The notes under the pieces are model-generated. The model was not told the origin of the DNA. It was given only the letters and a program-made list of their open reading frames with translations, and ran no database searches. Shown piece by piece: positions 1 through 13,700 of a stretch of DNA of 64,000 nucleotides (positions are counted from its first letter, which is position 1; each line of letters opens with the position of its first letter). Source of the stretch: Octopus sinensis (taxonomy: Eukaryota); contig NC_043003.1 of NCBI RefSeq assembly GCF_006345805.1, positions 69,936,001-70,000,000 of the forward strand, read 5' to 3'. Position numbers and translations under genes: made by a program.

Positions 1-2414
1 GAACCAAGGAAAGAGCCTCTCTGTGGTTGTTCAAGATTCTAGAAATAGCAGTGAAATTTCCCTCAAATCTAGGACGAATATTTTTGGTAATGCAGTTCTT
101 GCTACATGGTTTTTAAAAGTAAATGACCGGATAATAATGGATGGAATATCTCTGATCATAAATCTACTTGACCTTGATATAATGGAAAATAGTCTGTGAA
201 GCATTTGTGTTTTTAACCTAAGTTGACTAAAAACACAAAGGCTTCTCAATCCATTTCCCATTTGTTCAAACCTTCAAGTCTCCTCTATTGCTTTCTTAAT
301 GTTATTCCTTATATCTATCATATTTGTTCCTTTCATTGTCTGCCCATTTGGCTCTACTGGAATATTACCAATTGTGTTTGTTTTATCCCTTTTAATTGTT
401 GTATCACTTTACAGAAGCATTTAGCAATGTATTGTATTTAAATTACAATTTCTACCTTTCCCCTCTCGAATTTCATTTCATAATGGTTTTGTATAACGTC
501 CTTTGTAAAACCAAACAAACGGTAATATCTTAGACCAGTTCATTGGTAAAGGTTCGCTGTTACAGATTTACTTTATTATGCACTACTATATTACTGTCAG
601 AGTGTCTTCTTAAGCAGTACTTTGAACGAATTATGATCATCAAATTCTTAAAGTAAATATAACTTCAGACAGTCTATCCAAGTAGCAAGCCCTCACTCAC
701 TAGCAATCTTTTATCTATAATTTGTTCTCTCATCTCTGCCTTCTACCTATTATGTATTTGTTTTAATGGCTTTTTATCTGGCTTGAATAAAAGATCAAAA
801 GTCATTGTATTCCGTTTTTTTTTTATTACCTGTCTTGCTTTTTAGGTCTTGTGCCGAGCAATATTCATTTTCCTAAATATATCTTACTCTAGAACTCCTA
901 GTACCTGATCCTACATTTTTCTAGGATCTTTTTCCTTAATCTCTATCCTCAATTTAATTAAACTCAAAATTAAGTACTATGGTCTACTGAAATAGCTTGG
1001 GTCTCAAGGGCCCATAGCTATTTAATATCTTACCAAAAACTATGGATTGGGAATAAATGTTTTCATCTTGATCTTCCGCTATCTTGGATGTGGGACTGAA
1101 CCTGGAATCATGAGATTGCAAAGCAAGCTTCTTAGGATTTTTGTTGAATATTTGATACAAAATAAACTTTGAATATGAGGGAAGTTAAATATATTTGTAT
1201 TCCATGCATTATTCTGATCCATTCTAATTAACTTTCTATATTGTTATTAATGGAAATTTAAAAATGAACGAGAACATGTAATGGAGTGAATAAATAAGTC
1301 CATTGTCAAGAACTAAACGACCATTTTCTTGCTTCCTTCTATCTTAATTATTGCCATTTCATAAAAACAACAATTTGTAAACTAGATTTATTTCTTGTGT
1401 CCATCTTATGGAAAATTGCTTTTTAATTTGTCGAGCTGTTTTCATATAAATCACTTGAGGATGACGTTTTTGCTTGCTCGTTAGTTTTGAAGTAATTTTG
1501 TCAAGTAGAAACTATGTAGCAGATTTATTTAACCTTCAATGTATATTTGTATAAAATGTTCTTTTGTTATGTGGCTTTTCTTTCGATGCTTAATTCCTAC
1601 ATCTCTTTATTGTCTTATTTGATTTCTGTAATAACATATACTTTTTAAGCCAATTATTGTTTTATCTTGTTAATTAATTTGTTTCTTGCTGCTTGTAAAC
1701 GTTCTCATTCTGTAAAGCTTTTCAAAATAGTCAGAGGTAAGATAAATGAATGTTAGTATTTTTAAATTTTGAAAAAATTCTCATCTGTTTATTTTGTGTT
1801 TCTTTTGATTCTCATTGCTGTATCAATAGATTTAGTTCTATTAATCAACAAGTCTCTGACAGTGAATGTGTGTGGTTGGAAACAAAACCAGTAACTCATT
1901 GCCACTAGTGTAAATGTCTATTTAAAGTCACAAGTTTGCAGATATTTTATTAATCTTATTTGGTTGTATTTCAATTTCACTCTGCTATTCATTATGTGTT
2001 GTCAAATTCTGAGACTCTGTCATCTACTTCCTGTCGGCTGGACATCAGATACAACAACCAGACTAAAAATAAGAAATCAGAAAAGCACAAGTTCTCATTG
2101 AATTCCACATTTTAAAACTTTTTTCAAAGAATCTTATCTTTATACCATCATCATCATTGTTTAACATCCACTTTCCATGCTGGCATGGGTTGGATGGTTT
2201 AACTGAGGGCTGGCAAGCCAGAAGGCTGCACCAGGGCCAGTCAGGCAGTACTGGCATTGGCCATGCTCAAATGCTGCTTTTTACATGCAACTGGCACAGG
2301 AGCCAGTTAGGTGACACTGGCAACGACCATGCTCGAATAGTGTTTTTAACCACTGGCACGGGTGCCAATTAGGCAGTACTGTCATCGGTGTGTGTGTGTG
2401 TGTGTGTATATATA

Positions 2415-2450
<36 letters not shown>

Positions 2451-2576
2451 AGGATATGTTAACCTTGTGAAGGGATGGTTGCATCTAAGGAAATTCTGGT
2501 TCAATACCTAGTATTGTTGGGGAATGAAATTCCCTTAAAGCAATAAGTATATATTAAGCATATAGCTTATATTCAG

Positions 2577-2694
2577 TTGAAAGAAGAAAACAAAATGGAG
2601 ATAAGGAAGCTAATAATTGTTTATTAATTATTTATTAACAAATTTGTTAATAATAAATGATTGTTAACTTCCTTATCTGCAGTTTCTTTTCTTC

Positions 2695-2700
<6 letters not shown>
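2577..2700. repeat. AT-rich near-perfect palindrome (MITE-like hairpin)
   Basis: AAGAAGAAAA..GAGATAAGGAAG..TTAACAA/ATTT/GTTAA..CTTCCTTATCTG..TTTTCTTCTT. Confidence 0.75.
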
Positions 2701-2739
<39 letters not shown>

Positions 2740-2742
<3 letters not shown>

Positions 2743-3000
2743 AGAATTCACCAAAAAACAAAGTACGAAGACAGGTGGTGTAGACAATAAACAGATGTAT
2801 TAGTTTAATGTTCGGGAAATGAAAAAGTCTTTAATGTTTCGAGCCTACGCTCTTCCACAGAAAGAAACAAGGAGAGAAAATAAAGAATGTGTGGTGGCTA
2901 GCGATCTATCATGGCAAATGCTGGTCAGAGGGGTCACACAGGAGAGCTAGGAAGAAGGGGTGATAATAAAGTATTGGTGATCTCAAAACGAAGATGCATG
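2740..3000 (-). mobile_element. Penelope-like terminal fragment with degenerate hammerhead motif (2828-2865), between (TA)n tracts
   Basis: Minus strand reads TCTTT-CTGTGGA-A-GAGC(GTAG)GCTC-GAAACAT-T/AAAGA. Architecture is related to the 37845-38045 insert. Confidence 0.5.
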
Positions 3001-3055
3001 TGTGTGTGTGGAAGAGGGCTGGTGACCTTGACGTGTGCGTGTGTGTATGTGTGTA

Positions 3056-3105
<50 letters not shown>

Positions 3106-5509
3106 TTTGCTGCTACAACAGGCAATGAAATATCTGCTATGTGGTCACTTGACTTGCTGGAAATAATAGTGAAATTTCTCTCAGATAACACCCTGCTATC
3201 TTTTTCCAGAAAACTCCGATAGATTGCAGAGTGTAACCTGAAATAAGCTGTGTTGCAACCTGTAGGATGGCAAGAATTCGAATGCTTTCGGTCAGGGGTC
3301 TATTAGACCAAGTTTTAACCTGGGGTTAAACACTAACTACTACTTCTATAACTGTTGTGCCATTTTCCATTAATGCACCGGTGCTGGTGTCACATAGAAC
3401 GCATTGGTGCTGATGCTACATAGAAAGCACGGGTGCTGGTGCCACATAAAATAGCATCCAGTCCACTCTAAGTGGTTGGCATTAGGAAGGACATATCTAG
3501 CTGTAAAAAGCATACCAAAGCAGACAGTGGAACTTGGTGTGGGTCCTGGCCGTGTCAGCTCTGTCAAACTGTGCAATCCATGCCAGCAAGGAAAAACAGA
3601 TATTGAATGATGAGGATGATCGTTATGTATGAAAGTTGGATAGCATTAAAATCCAAGCCACATAATAGTATTCTCCTTCATCCTTTTTGATATTATTCGA
3701 GTCCAGCATAAAGAATGTTAAGATGACTGTTGACATTATCTATCTAATGTTTCTAAAAGAAGATATTTATGTATGTTGGCAACTATTTGAAATTGGGTTG
3801 AGGATGAATGAACGAGAAAAAAGCAAAAACTAATGTGTTTGGACACGAACCAAAGACATATAGATGGATCTGATTCTCATCTGGTTGTTCATCAATTTTC
3901 TTTCTCTTTATGCTTGAATGCTTATTATATTGGCATTGTATAGCTAGCTAAGGAGTCTGTCATTCATTTCCTGTAACTGACATAATGATGTATCCATGGA
4001 CAGGCTGTTTAGCTCTCAACAGCCCAGCCTAATTAGCTGTGTAAGGAGGTGAAGGGAGAGAAATGATGAGTGTGGGTGTAGGGTCGTTTATGTCCCTGTA
4101 ACTTAGCAGTTTGTCATGTTGGTGATTGATAGAATAAGTACTGGGCTTGATTTGATCAACAACAAAAGAAAAAAAGTACACAATGATTTTAAAAAGTCAC
4201 ACACAAACACACACGTATATATATTTCACGATTTCACTTCGGCATAGAGATACTAATAACCAGTTGTTAAATAGTGCAAAGCATAATATCAATTAATGAT
4301 TGACAAAAGAATAAATGTTACTTAACCACTTACATTTCTTTGCAGTCATTTTTGTTATAAGAAGCTTTGTGCTCAGAAGCATTTAAATGAAGTATATGCT
4401 TATTGTGGAAATCAATTAAATACACAGTACGTTTATCAATTTGTGTTGCAAGATTTGCTGATGTGAAATCATTTGTTGAAACAGATATTGTTATATTTTA
4501 GGATGGTATTTTTTTTTTTGCCAAATAAACACATACACTATATATTTGTTCTTCACTCATTTATTACTGTTCTTATTTTAACTCCTGTCCATTGTCTGGA
4601 AGTCTTTCGTTACACATCTGTGACCTCTTCAGCAACACTTTTCGTTTTCGTATGTGCTCTTGCCCCATTTACTCCATTCTACTCTTCTGTGTGTGTGTCA
4701 CTCATTAATTGATATATATACAATACAGAAAACGTATGGTATTTGATGTTTTATAAAACATATGTGCATTTCAGCAATTTACTGCTAGGATTATATAACT
4801 GGCAGTTGAAATATTATATAATCTTGTTAATTCACCTCTTCAGTGTTCAGTACTAGTTTGTATTCTACACACTAGCCTATCCTGTGGTTTGACGTCCTTC
4901 CTTCGAACCACATTAGATACAGGAGTGGTGTGTGAAACCTACTTCTGGGCCTGAACTTTGGTGTGTCCAGCTGTATTGCCCTGTTCAATCTTTTTTCGCT
5001 TTTCTACTGTATTTCCAGCATTTTCTCATCTAGTTGCTTGTATACTAGGGCCGTACTTAAGTTTGCCCAATGTACTCCTCATATTACTCTCACTGTCCTA
5101 TTCACTCAGTGTCTCACAGAACAATATTTGAAACTCATTCTTTGCTCATGTGTTCTTTTCCACTAATTAACCAATGAATAATGAAACTAAACATAAACTT
5201 CACCCAGTTTTTAGTTTATTTAGTCTGATGAGTTCCTATAATTTTGAGCTCTTCTCAGATTATGAAAAAAAAAAGAAAAAAATTTTAAAGTAATATTATT
5301 TGTTTCTATTTTTGTTCATGAAGTTCAGTTTCTTCATTTATTCTTTTATTTGCTTGTCATTTGACTGCGCCCATGCTGGAGCACTACCTTTAGTCAAACA
5401 AATTCTTTGTAAGCCTAGTACTTATTCTGTTGGTCTCTTCTGCCAAACTGCTAAGTTATAGGGACATGAACACATTGGTTGTCAAGCAATGGTGTGGGGG
5501 ACAAACACA

Positions 5510-5546
<37 letters not shown>

Positions 5547-8034
5547 TGGGCTTCTTTCAGTTTCCATCTACCAAATCCATTCACAAGGCTTTGGTCAGCC
5601 TGAGACTATAGTAGAAGACATTTTCCGTAATTGCCATGCAGTGGGACTGAACCTAGAACCTTGTGTTGGTAAGCAAGCTTCTTACCACCCAGTCACTCCT
5701 GCTCCTATATACATATAAAAAAAAACAAAAGTTAATTGAAATTCCTGATTTTAGATTTCAGAGTTAAATAATGTTTTTTGCTGCTGCTGTATGTAAATAA
5801 ACAACCACAAAGTTAAGAGTTTTAATTTGCTGATTAAAATTTCTCTCAACAGCTGTTGTTAGTCATAAATCATTTAAGTCTAATATTGTATACATTATAT
5901 CTAAGTATTGATTGCTGTTTTGCTTAATTAGATATTTTGTTGTATGGGCCAATTTGCTGTTTGCCCTTTTTGGTTTTTATCATTAGCCTTGAGAAACATT
6001 CCATAAAATACATTGTTATTATCATTATTAGACAGTTGATATCTGTTGCCCGGGCCATTAGTCCACCATAAAACTTATAATTAATGTTATCTGAATAATT
6101 TTGTTTTCTTATCATTTAATTTCATTCTCTTATCGTTCTGGGTTTGACTTTTTCTTGTTGCTCATGGGATAACTTGCTTTCTAATCTGATATTAGTTTCC
6201 AGGTTAAAATAATTGAATTTGTACCTCACATGAACCACTATCAAAGGTTTGTGTTTCTAAATCTTTTGTTGCATAATGAGGTTTTTTTACAGTGTTTTTC
6301 TCTTTTTAAAAAAAAAAAAAATTTTTTTGTTTTTCTCATTTTGATCCGGAGTAAAGGCTGTGCTCAGGGTCTTCACAGATCCGCTGAGACTGATAAGAAC
6401 CTCATGGTTAATGTTCCTTTTCAATACATAAAAGTTGATGAGTGCAGGAAAAAACATGGTGGGGGAAGGAATCCCAGAGGATTAACATTCTGTTAGGAAG
6501 AATTTTGCTTCATTCTCAATATATAATCCCAGGAGACATTCTTGAAATTTTCCTCTGAAATTATTCCAATAATTCTTACTGACATAATTATGAGTCCTTT
6601 TCATCATCACTATTATTTAACATCCATTGTCCATGCTGGCATGTGTTGGATGGTTTGACCAGGGCTGGTAAGCTGGATGGCTGCACCAGACTCCAGTCTG
6701 ATGTGCCATGGTTTTCTACAGCTGGATGCCCTTCCCAATGCCAACTACTCATGTATGCGTATATATATATGGTATGTAAAAGCACCCACTACACTCTCGG
6801 AGTGGTTGGTGTTAGGAAGGGCATCCAGCTGTAGAAACTCTGCTAGATCAAGATTGGAGCCTGGTGCAGCCATCTGTTCACCAGCCCTCAGTCAAAATCG
6901 TCCAACCCATGCTAGCATGGAAAGCGGACTTTAAACGATGATGATGATATATATGTATATATATATATAATGTATGTATGTGTCTTTTTGTTTGTATTTC
7001 ACCCTCCTCACTACTTAACAGGTGTTGGTTTGTTTACAGCCCTATAACTAGCAGCTTGGCAAAAGAGATCAATACAATAAGCAACGAAAAGTAAGCATTG
7101 GGGTCAATTTGGTCAACGAAACCTTTCAAGGTGGTGCCATAGCATGGCCACAGTCCAGTAACTGAACCTGGTAAAAGAGATAAAAAAAAAAGATAGACAT
7201 GGTTCTCCATAAAACAACTAAATGTAATTTCTGGACAGTTTTGCAGTTTAATTTCTTTTGGCCTATTTAATTGCCAAATTACAAAAAAAAAAATGGAGCT
7301 TTCAGTCATTTATTTAGCACAGCAGGTCATCAATGTTGAAGTATGAACTCATAACACTTCACTTAAAAGGTCAACCACTATCTTATATATCTGCATATGC
7401 ACAACTGTTACTGTTGCATGTAACTGTTTCCACAATTACTAAACCAAAAATGTTGACTCTAAGTTATTGATTGTTTTTTTTCCCTCTTTCTTTTTAACTG
7501 ACATTCTTTTAAACATACAAATTGTAGTTTATTCTACTTTTAAATAAATAAAATAAAAATAATGTATTAAAAATTTTGCATCTGTTCATAGTTGGAAAGT
7601 AGTAAGCTCTATGATTTTCTCATTGGCTGAATTGTGCAAGTATGTCCAAAATATTTGAAAGTATGTAATCCAATTGTAGTAAAGGTGCAGTTATGTTTCA
7701 ACTGTTATTTGCTTGAATTTACTGTTAAAAGTAGGTTAACCTCTTAAACACTGTGTGTGTGGGGTGGGGGGTAGGAGATAGAAAAGAAATGTATATAGAT
7801 TTCTGGTATTCTTTTTAGATTCCTTATATTGCAGCATAAATAAAATTGTGTTAACCACGTGGTTTCAGAGTCATTTCCACTGCACAACACTTTAGGCAAG
7901 GGTCTTCTACCATAGCCACTGAGTGACGAATGCCTTGTGAGTGAATTTGCTGTATAGAAACTGTGTGGAAGCCCATCGTGTGTACACACACACACATGTA
8001 TGTATGTGTGTGTGTGTTTGTGTGATTCTGTGTA

Positions 8035-8076
<42 letters not shown>

Positions 8077-8930
8077 CTTGTTGCTGTACTTCGTTCCTTG
8101 ACATCCAGTGTTGGTTTGTTTATGTCTTTGTAACTTAATCGTTCAGCAAATGCGATGATCACACATATTGTACGCCTTCCTTCCAAGCACTGCTGTAAAC
8201 AGTGGAAGTGAGCTAGAACATTAAAACATAGTGTGCATGCACAGCAAACTCCAAGGTCAGTCTGTGCCAAGTGGCTTCACTCTGTGTGCTTCAGCTTTGT
8301 TACTATGGCAACAGTCCAGATACTTATTGTTCAGACTTCATATATGTGTTTGTGTCCGTATATCTTTGCATTGGCATCACCTAGGTGGCAATGATATTCA
8401 TCTATGTCCCAATAAATGCCATGTCCTACACCATAGCTTTGAGATGTGTGAAGGGCATGTGGGATAAAGTACCTTACTTGAAAAAAATTCAAGGGTCGGC
8501 ATCAGAGAAGACTGCCTTATGAAATCTCATCCATCTCAAGCTACATCGAAAAAGCAGATATAAAAACAAAGGTGCTGCTGCTGCTTGCCTTTGAATTATT
8601 ATATCTTGTGTTTAAAGCTTGCATTGTGTGTATGTGTGTGAGATAGAGAGAAGGTATTCGATAATCTATGCAGATAAGATAGTACTACAATTTATGTAAG
8701 AGTTGCAATGCTTTTGTAACAACTTGTTACAAGTCCAACACTGATATTCCATCTGTTTGGAGATGGTTCTGTAAGATAATACATGTGTGTGTGTGTGCAT
8801 ACATAATATGCAAACAGTTTAAAATAGCATTAACTAATAAATGCATTTATGTTAGTAAATGTCTGCTAGTATTGAAATGTTTTTTCACTAATATCTTGTC
8901 TCAATCATTGCAGCCAAGCTGGTTTTAGTC

Positions 8931-9235
8931 CACTGGTTTGCAACGAGGGTCCATGTGACTCTTACAGGTCATGTGGACCCTAGTGGACCCTTAGGGGGTT
9001 CATATAAAATTTTGTTGTTAAAATTTGTGTGCTTATAAATTGCATATAATTCTGCAAATCACAAAATATAAAATTTTTTTTTATACAATTCTTAATAATA
9101 TTTAATAATAAAATTACAGTAGTTTTTTTTTTTGTTTCTTTTTTTTTGTATACTTTGAATGGCTATGGGGGTCTACCTGAGTAAAATGGGTATCAAAGGG
9201 GTTCATAGATGAAAAATAAGGGTTGAGAACCATTG
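8931..9235. mobile_element. hAT-type MITE
   Basis: Termini CACTGGTTTGCAAC and GGTTGAGAACCATTG. Degenerate 8-bp TSD TTTTAGTC/CTTTGGTC. Confidence 0.7.
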
Positions 9236-10139
9236 CTTTGGTCAACCTCAGCATAAATTTTTTTTCTTTGTGTGGTACTTATTCCATTGGTCTTTTTTTG
9301 CCAAACTACTAAGTTATAGGGATGTAAACAAGCTAACACCAGTTGTTAAGCAGTGGTGTGGGACAAACACAAAGATATATACAAACACACATACACTTTC
9401 ATGCAGATATGTGTATGTGTGTGTGGTGTGTGTGTATCTCCACTGTTTGACTGTGATAACCACTGTTGGTTTGTTTATGACCCCATAACTTAATGGAATG
9501 GTAAAAAGGACAGGTAAAATAAGCCCCAAACTTTAAAAGTAAGTTCTGGGGTTGATCTGTTTGACTGAGACCCTTCAAGGAATGCTCCAGTATGGCTGCA
9601 TTGCAATGACTTAAACAAGTAGATCAAAGTTAAAAGATATTGTTTTCTCTAAATTTTCAATTTCTAATGCTTTCTTTTCTTCAGCATAACGTTTTCTTCA
9701 TTGACTAAGATGCCTTTTTCCCTTGGTTTAGCCATCTCTTCTCTTATTCACCTTATCCATATTAAGTTTCTCTTTTCCTATGCGATTCAGCCATTCTGGT
9801 CCCCCCGAGCATTATGAAATATCTATTTACTTAGTCATTATTACCCACTCATAGAATATTTCTCAGCATTAAATTTGAAGGTTTACTCACAGATCAGATA
9901 TCTCCCTACTGTAATTATTGATAACTTGATCAAAATTGACATATCAAAGTGGAAACAAAGTTCAAATATTTAATTACTTTCACGACAAGTCCATATCCTA
10001 TCTGTAGAGTCATACTTTGCTAGTTGCGTACATACAAACCTTTTTAAGTGCAGTAATTTTTAGTTGTCAGTTAAAATAATGAAAAAAATTTTTTATTTTA
10101 ATCCTTATTTTTCACTAATTTTTTAAACAAATTTATTGT

Positions 10140-10450
10140 CCTTCATCGAGTGATGGCAATGATAGCATGAGAGCATCCCATCTGTGAATCAAATTCCCTA
10201 ATGGCTTGGCATAGATCCTTGTGGGTGAACTGGTTCAGTCAACCCTCAATGAACTGAACAGGTTGGCGGAGAGTCTCTGAGGTTGAATTTCTGCTTCTTG
10301 AAATGTGGAAACCATTTTTGTGCAGTTCTTTCTGTACTTTTTCTGAACACAGCACAAATGTCTCAAGCAATTTTGGCAACTCTTGAACCTTGATAGAAAG
10401 AAAGAGAGGCAGGTCTTGAAAATATTCATTCTTTTTATTTGGCACCCTAT
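10140..10450 (-). mobile_element. Mariner 5' end: TIR plus N-terminal HTH transposase remnant
   Basis: The end TTATTTGGCACCCTAT is TIR-like. Frameshifted minus-strand sequence resembles RDICAVF..ERTAQKWF..FNLRDSP..PVQF of mariner transposases. Confidence 0.7.
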
Positions 10451-13400
10451 CATCATATGTTAGAAATGAGGTAAAATTTATTCAAGTTTCAAAAATGATA
10501 AGTGAAAGTTGTAGAAGTGAACTCCAAATATCCCCATAAAATGCTATGCATTTTTACTCTTTTATTTGTTTCAGTCATTTGACTGGTCATGCATTTGACT
10601 GGTCATGCATAATGTTTGTAAGCCGAGTATGTATTCTATTGTTCTCTTTTGCTGAACTGCTAAGTTACAGTGATGTAAACACTCCAGCATCGGTTGTCAA
10701 GCGATGGTGGTGGGGACAAACATGCATATATATATGTATAATGGGCTTCTTTCAGTTTCCATCTTCCTAATCCGCTCACAAGGCTTTGGTTGGCCTGAGG
10801 CTATAGCAGAAGACACTTGCCCAAGGTGCCATGCAGTGGGACTGAACCCGGAACCATGTGATAAAAATATTTTCGTGTTAATTCAAATAACATTGGGAAA
10901 AAAAAACGAATTTCTCTGACAACACGATGTTTCCTATAATCTTGAACACCCAAACCATTAGACTCAGATGTGTTTCTTGCATGTAGTTGAATGAAATGCA
11001 GCTGTCTCTTTCCCAGCAAAAAAAAAAAAAAATACTGTCTCAGGTGTGTATTTGAAGAAAATAGTGACAGTTATTGATTCATTGATTCCTTGTTATGGTG
11101 CTCACAAAATTGGTTAAACAGAAGAGCTGTGGTATGAGTGTCTTTCACGACACCAGTTTATAGGAATACATTAATTCAGCCACAACAAGCTGACAAAGCA
11201 CTTAGCTATGCAGTGTTCCTGCTACTTGTAGCAATAAGCTATATCTACCACTCATGGTACCTCTTTACAGCTTGGTGAGCAGAACCAACTAAAATGTAAC
11301 TATTGATCACAGATGCAATGTAGGTGATACGATATGAACCTCTGACTCTTCTTGTAGGTGATGCAGTGAGCACACATTGTGTAATTTATGAGAATTTGAT
11401 AGCTTACCATGCTGGGTTTGTCCACATGTAAGTAAGGTCATGATAAAGTCAGTCATTCTGTGGTCCTGTTTCAATCAATATTATTCACTTAGCAAAGTAA
11501 CTTAATATCAATGAAAATGTTCCAGAAATCTTACTCCTTGTATCAACCTGTTGTTTGGAATTATTACACATGTAGCTGTGTGGTAAGTAACTTGCTTACC
11601 AACCACGTGGTCCCAGGTTCAGTCCCACTGCGTTGCACCTTGGGCAAGTGTCTTCTACTATAACTTCAGGCTGACCAAAGCCGTGTTAGTGGATTTGGCA
11701 GACAGAAACTGAAAGAAGCCCACCGTATATATATGTATATATACATATATATACTTTTAATATAAGGATAACATTTTATTAAATAATTTTTATCAGTGGC
11801 ACATATGAAAAATACCTTTTAAGGTGAAAATTATACAATTATAAATAAGGGCAAAAAGAAAAAAATTTTCTTTGCCAATATACTGAAAAATAAATGCTAA
11901 ATTGTCTAACCACATAAAATATTTTCACTTGTGTGTGTATGTGTGTTTGTCTCCCCACCCATCATCGCTTGACAACCTGGGTTGGTGTGTTTACGTTCCT
12001 GTAACTTAGCGATCCGGCGAAAGAAACCGATAAAATAAATACTAGGCTTACAAAGAATAAGTCCTGGGAGGTCGATTTGCTCGACTAAAGGCAGTGCTCC
12101 AGCATGGCTGCAGTCAAATGACTGGAACAAATAAAAGAATAACTTCATATATGTAAAAACCGCTACTGACCAACATACTTAGCTGTTTTTGTTCTTCATC
12201 TATATTCCAATTCTCAGCATGATTATGTTATTACTAATTCTTTGCAGGGGGTACCCCATTAGTGCATCACTAGGTGTCTACATTCCTTATTGTTTCCTCT
12301 GTATCACTTGCGTATCATTTGCTATTTCATCATTTATTGATCTGCTTGGGTTTACCTCTCCTCCAGCCACTCATTACTATTGTTGGTGATCTTTTATCTT
12401 TTGCTTGTTTCTGTCATCAGATTGTAGCCATGCTGGGGCACCATTTTGAAGAATTTTTAGTTGAATGAATTGACCCCAGTAGTTGTTTTTTTAAAAATTT
12501 TTAAGCCTGGTACATTATTGGTCTCTTTGCTGAACTGCTAAGTTACGGGGATGTAAAAACACCAACACTAGTTGTCACACAACAGGCTTCTTTCAGTTTC
12601 CACCTACCAAATCCACTTGCAAGGTTTTTGTGAGTCTGAAAAAATAAATCAAACAGTGTTTCAGCTCTGTGTGAATATGTGTGTATGTTAAAGAGGTAGG
12701 TATGTGAATGTGTGCATGTGCGCACACAGCGTTTAGACAGAAAAATTGTTTTTTAACATAAGCATGCCCAAACAAGTCAAATGCTTACACAGAGCAGGTT
12801 TTACAGCCACCTCATCCAAACTGACCGGGTGAAACTGGGCTTAGCTGCTAGTTACTTATACATTTGTATAAATCCTTATATGTATTTCTACACATCATTT
12901 TTCTAATTTAAAAAATTAGGATTTATTCTTAAGTTTTCCCCATACAATTTTCTGATTTCTAATGTATACTTTGTTTCATCTATTATCTCTGAATGAAGCC
13001 TTTCTACTTTTTTTTCCTTTGGTTCACAACATTTACATGTATGTTATATTGAGTAATTTTGCTTTCTCTTTTCTGTTGGGCATTGCTAATATTTCTCTAA
13101 ATGCTACATAAAAGTACTAAATTATGTGTGGATGTATTTCAGTTCAGAATATGATGGAATTTATTATGTAGACATTATTCAATCTAGAAATAATATCCTG
13201 AAATGTTTCAGTTATTTAAGTTCACTACGACAGCTGTTAAATAGATGCGAAGGGAAATTTTGTCCTTACAGCAAATCTTTTTGATGTTATTCTTCCAATA
13301 TTTGCTTTTTTTTTTTTTTTTACAAATAATTTATATTATTTTATCTTATATATTTATTTATTTTTTAATATCCAAGTTGATTGTTTCTAAGATCTTGGAA

Positions 13401-13700
13401 TTTGTCTTGTGACTAAATTTTCTGAACATATATTCTCTTGATGTTCATGATATCATTTACAAAATGTTATTGCTGTGGAAACACTATTGGACTTTTTTCT
13501 TTTTTTTTTTTTTTTGCTTAAAACTGTCTCCATTCTTATATCTTATCGTCATCATCATGAGTTTTCCTACCTATTATGAAACAAAAAGGCTTTTAGTGTG
13601 CTGTATGCCTGTGCAACCCAGTTCTGCTTCATCTTATGCAAAAGGATTTACACATTATCCCTTTAGCAATCATATTACTCGGTCAAATGTAATGCTTCTT

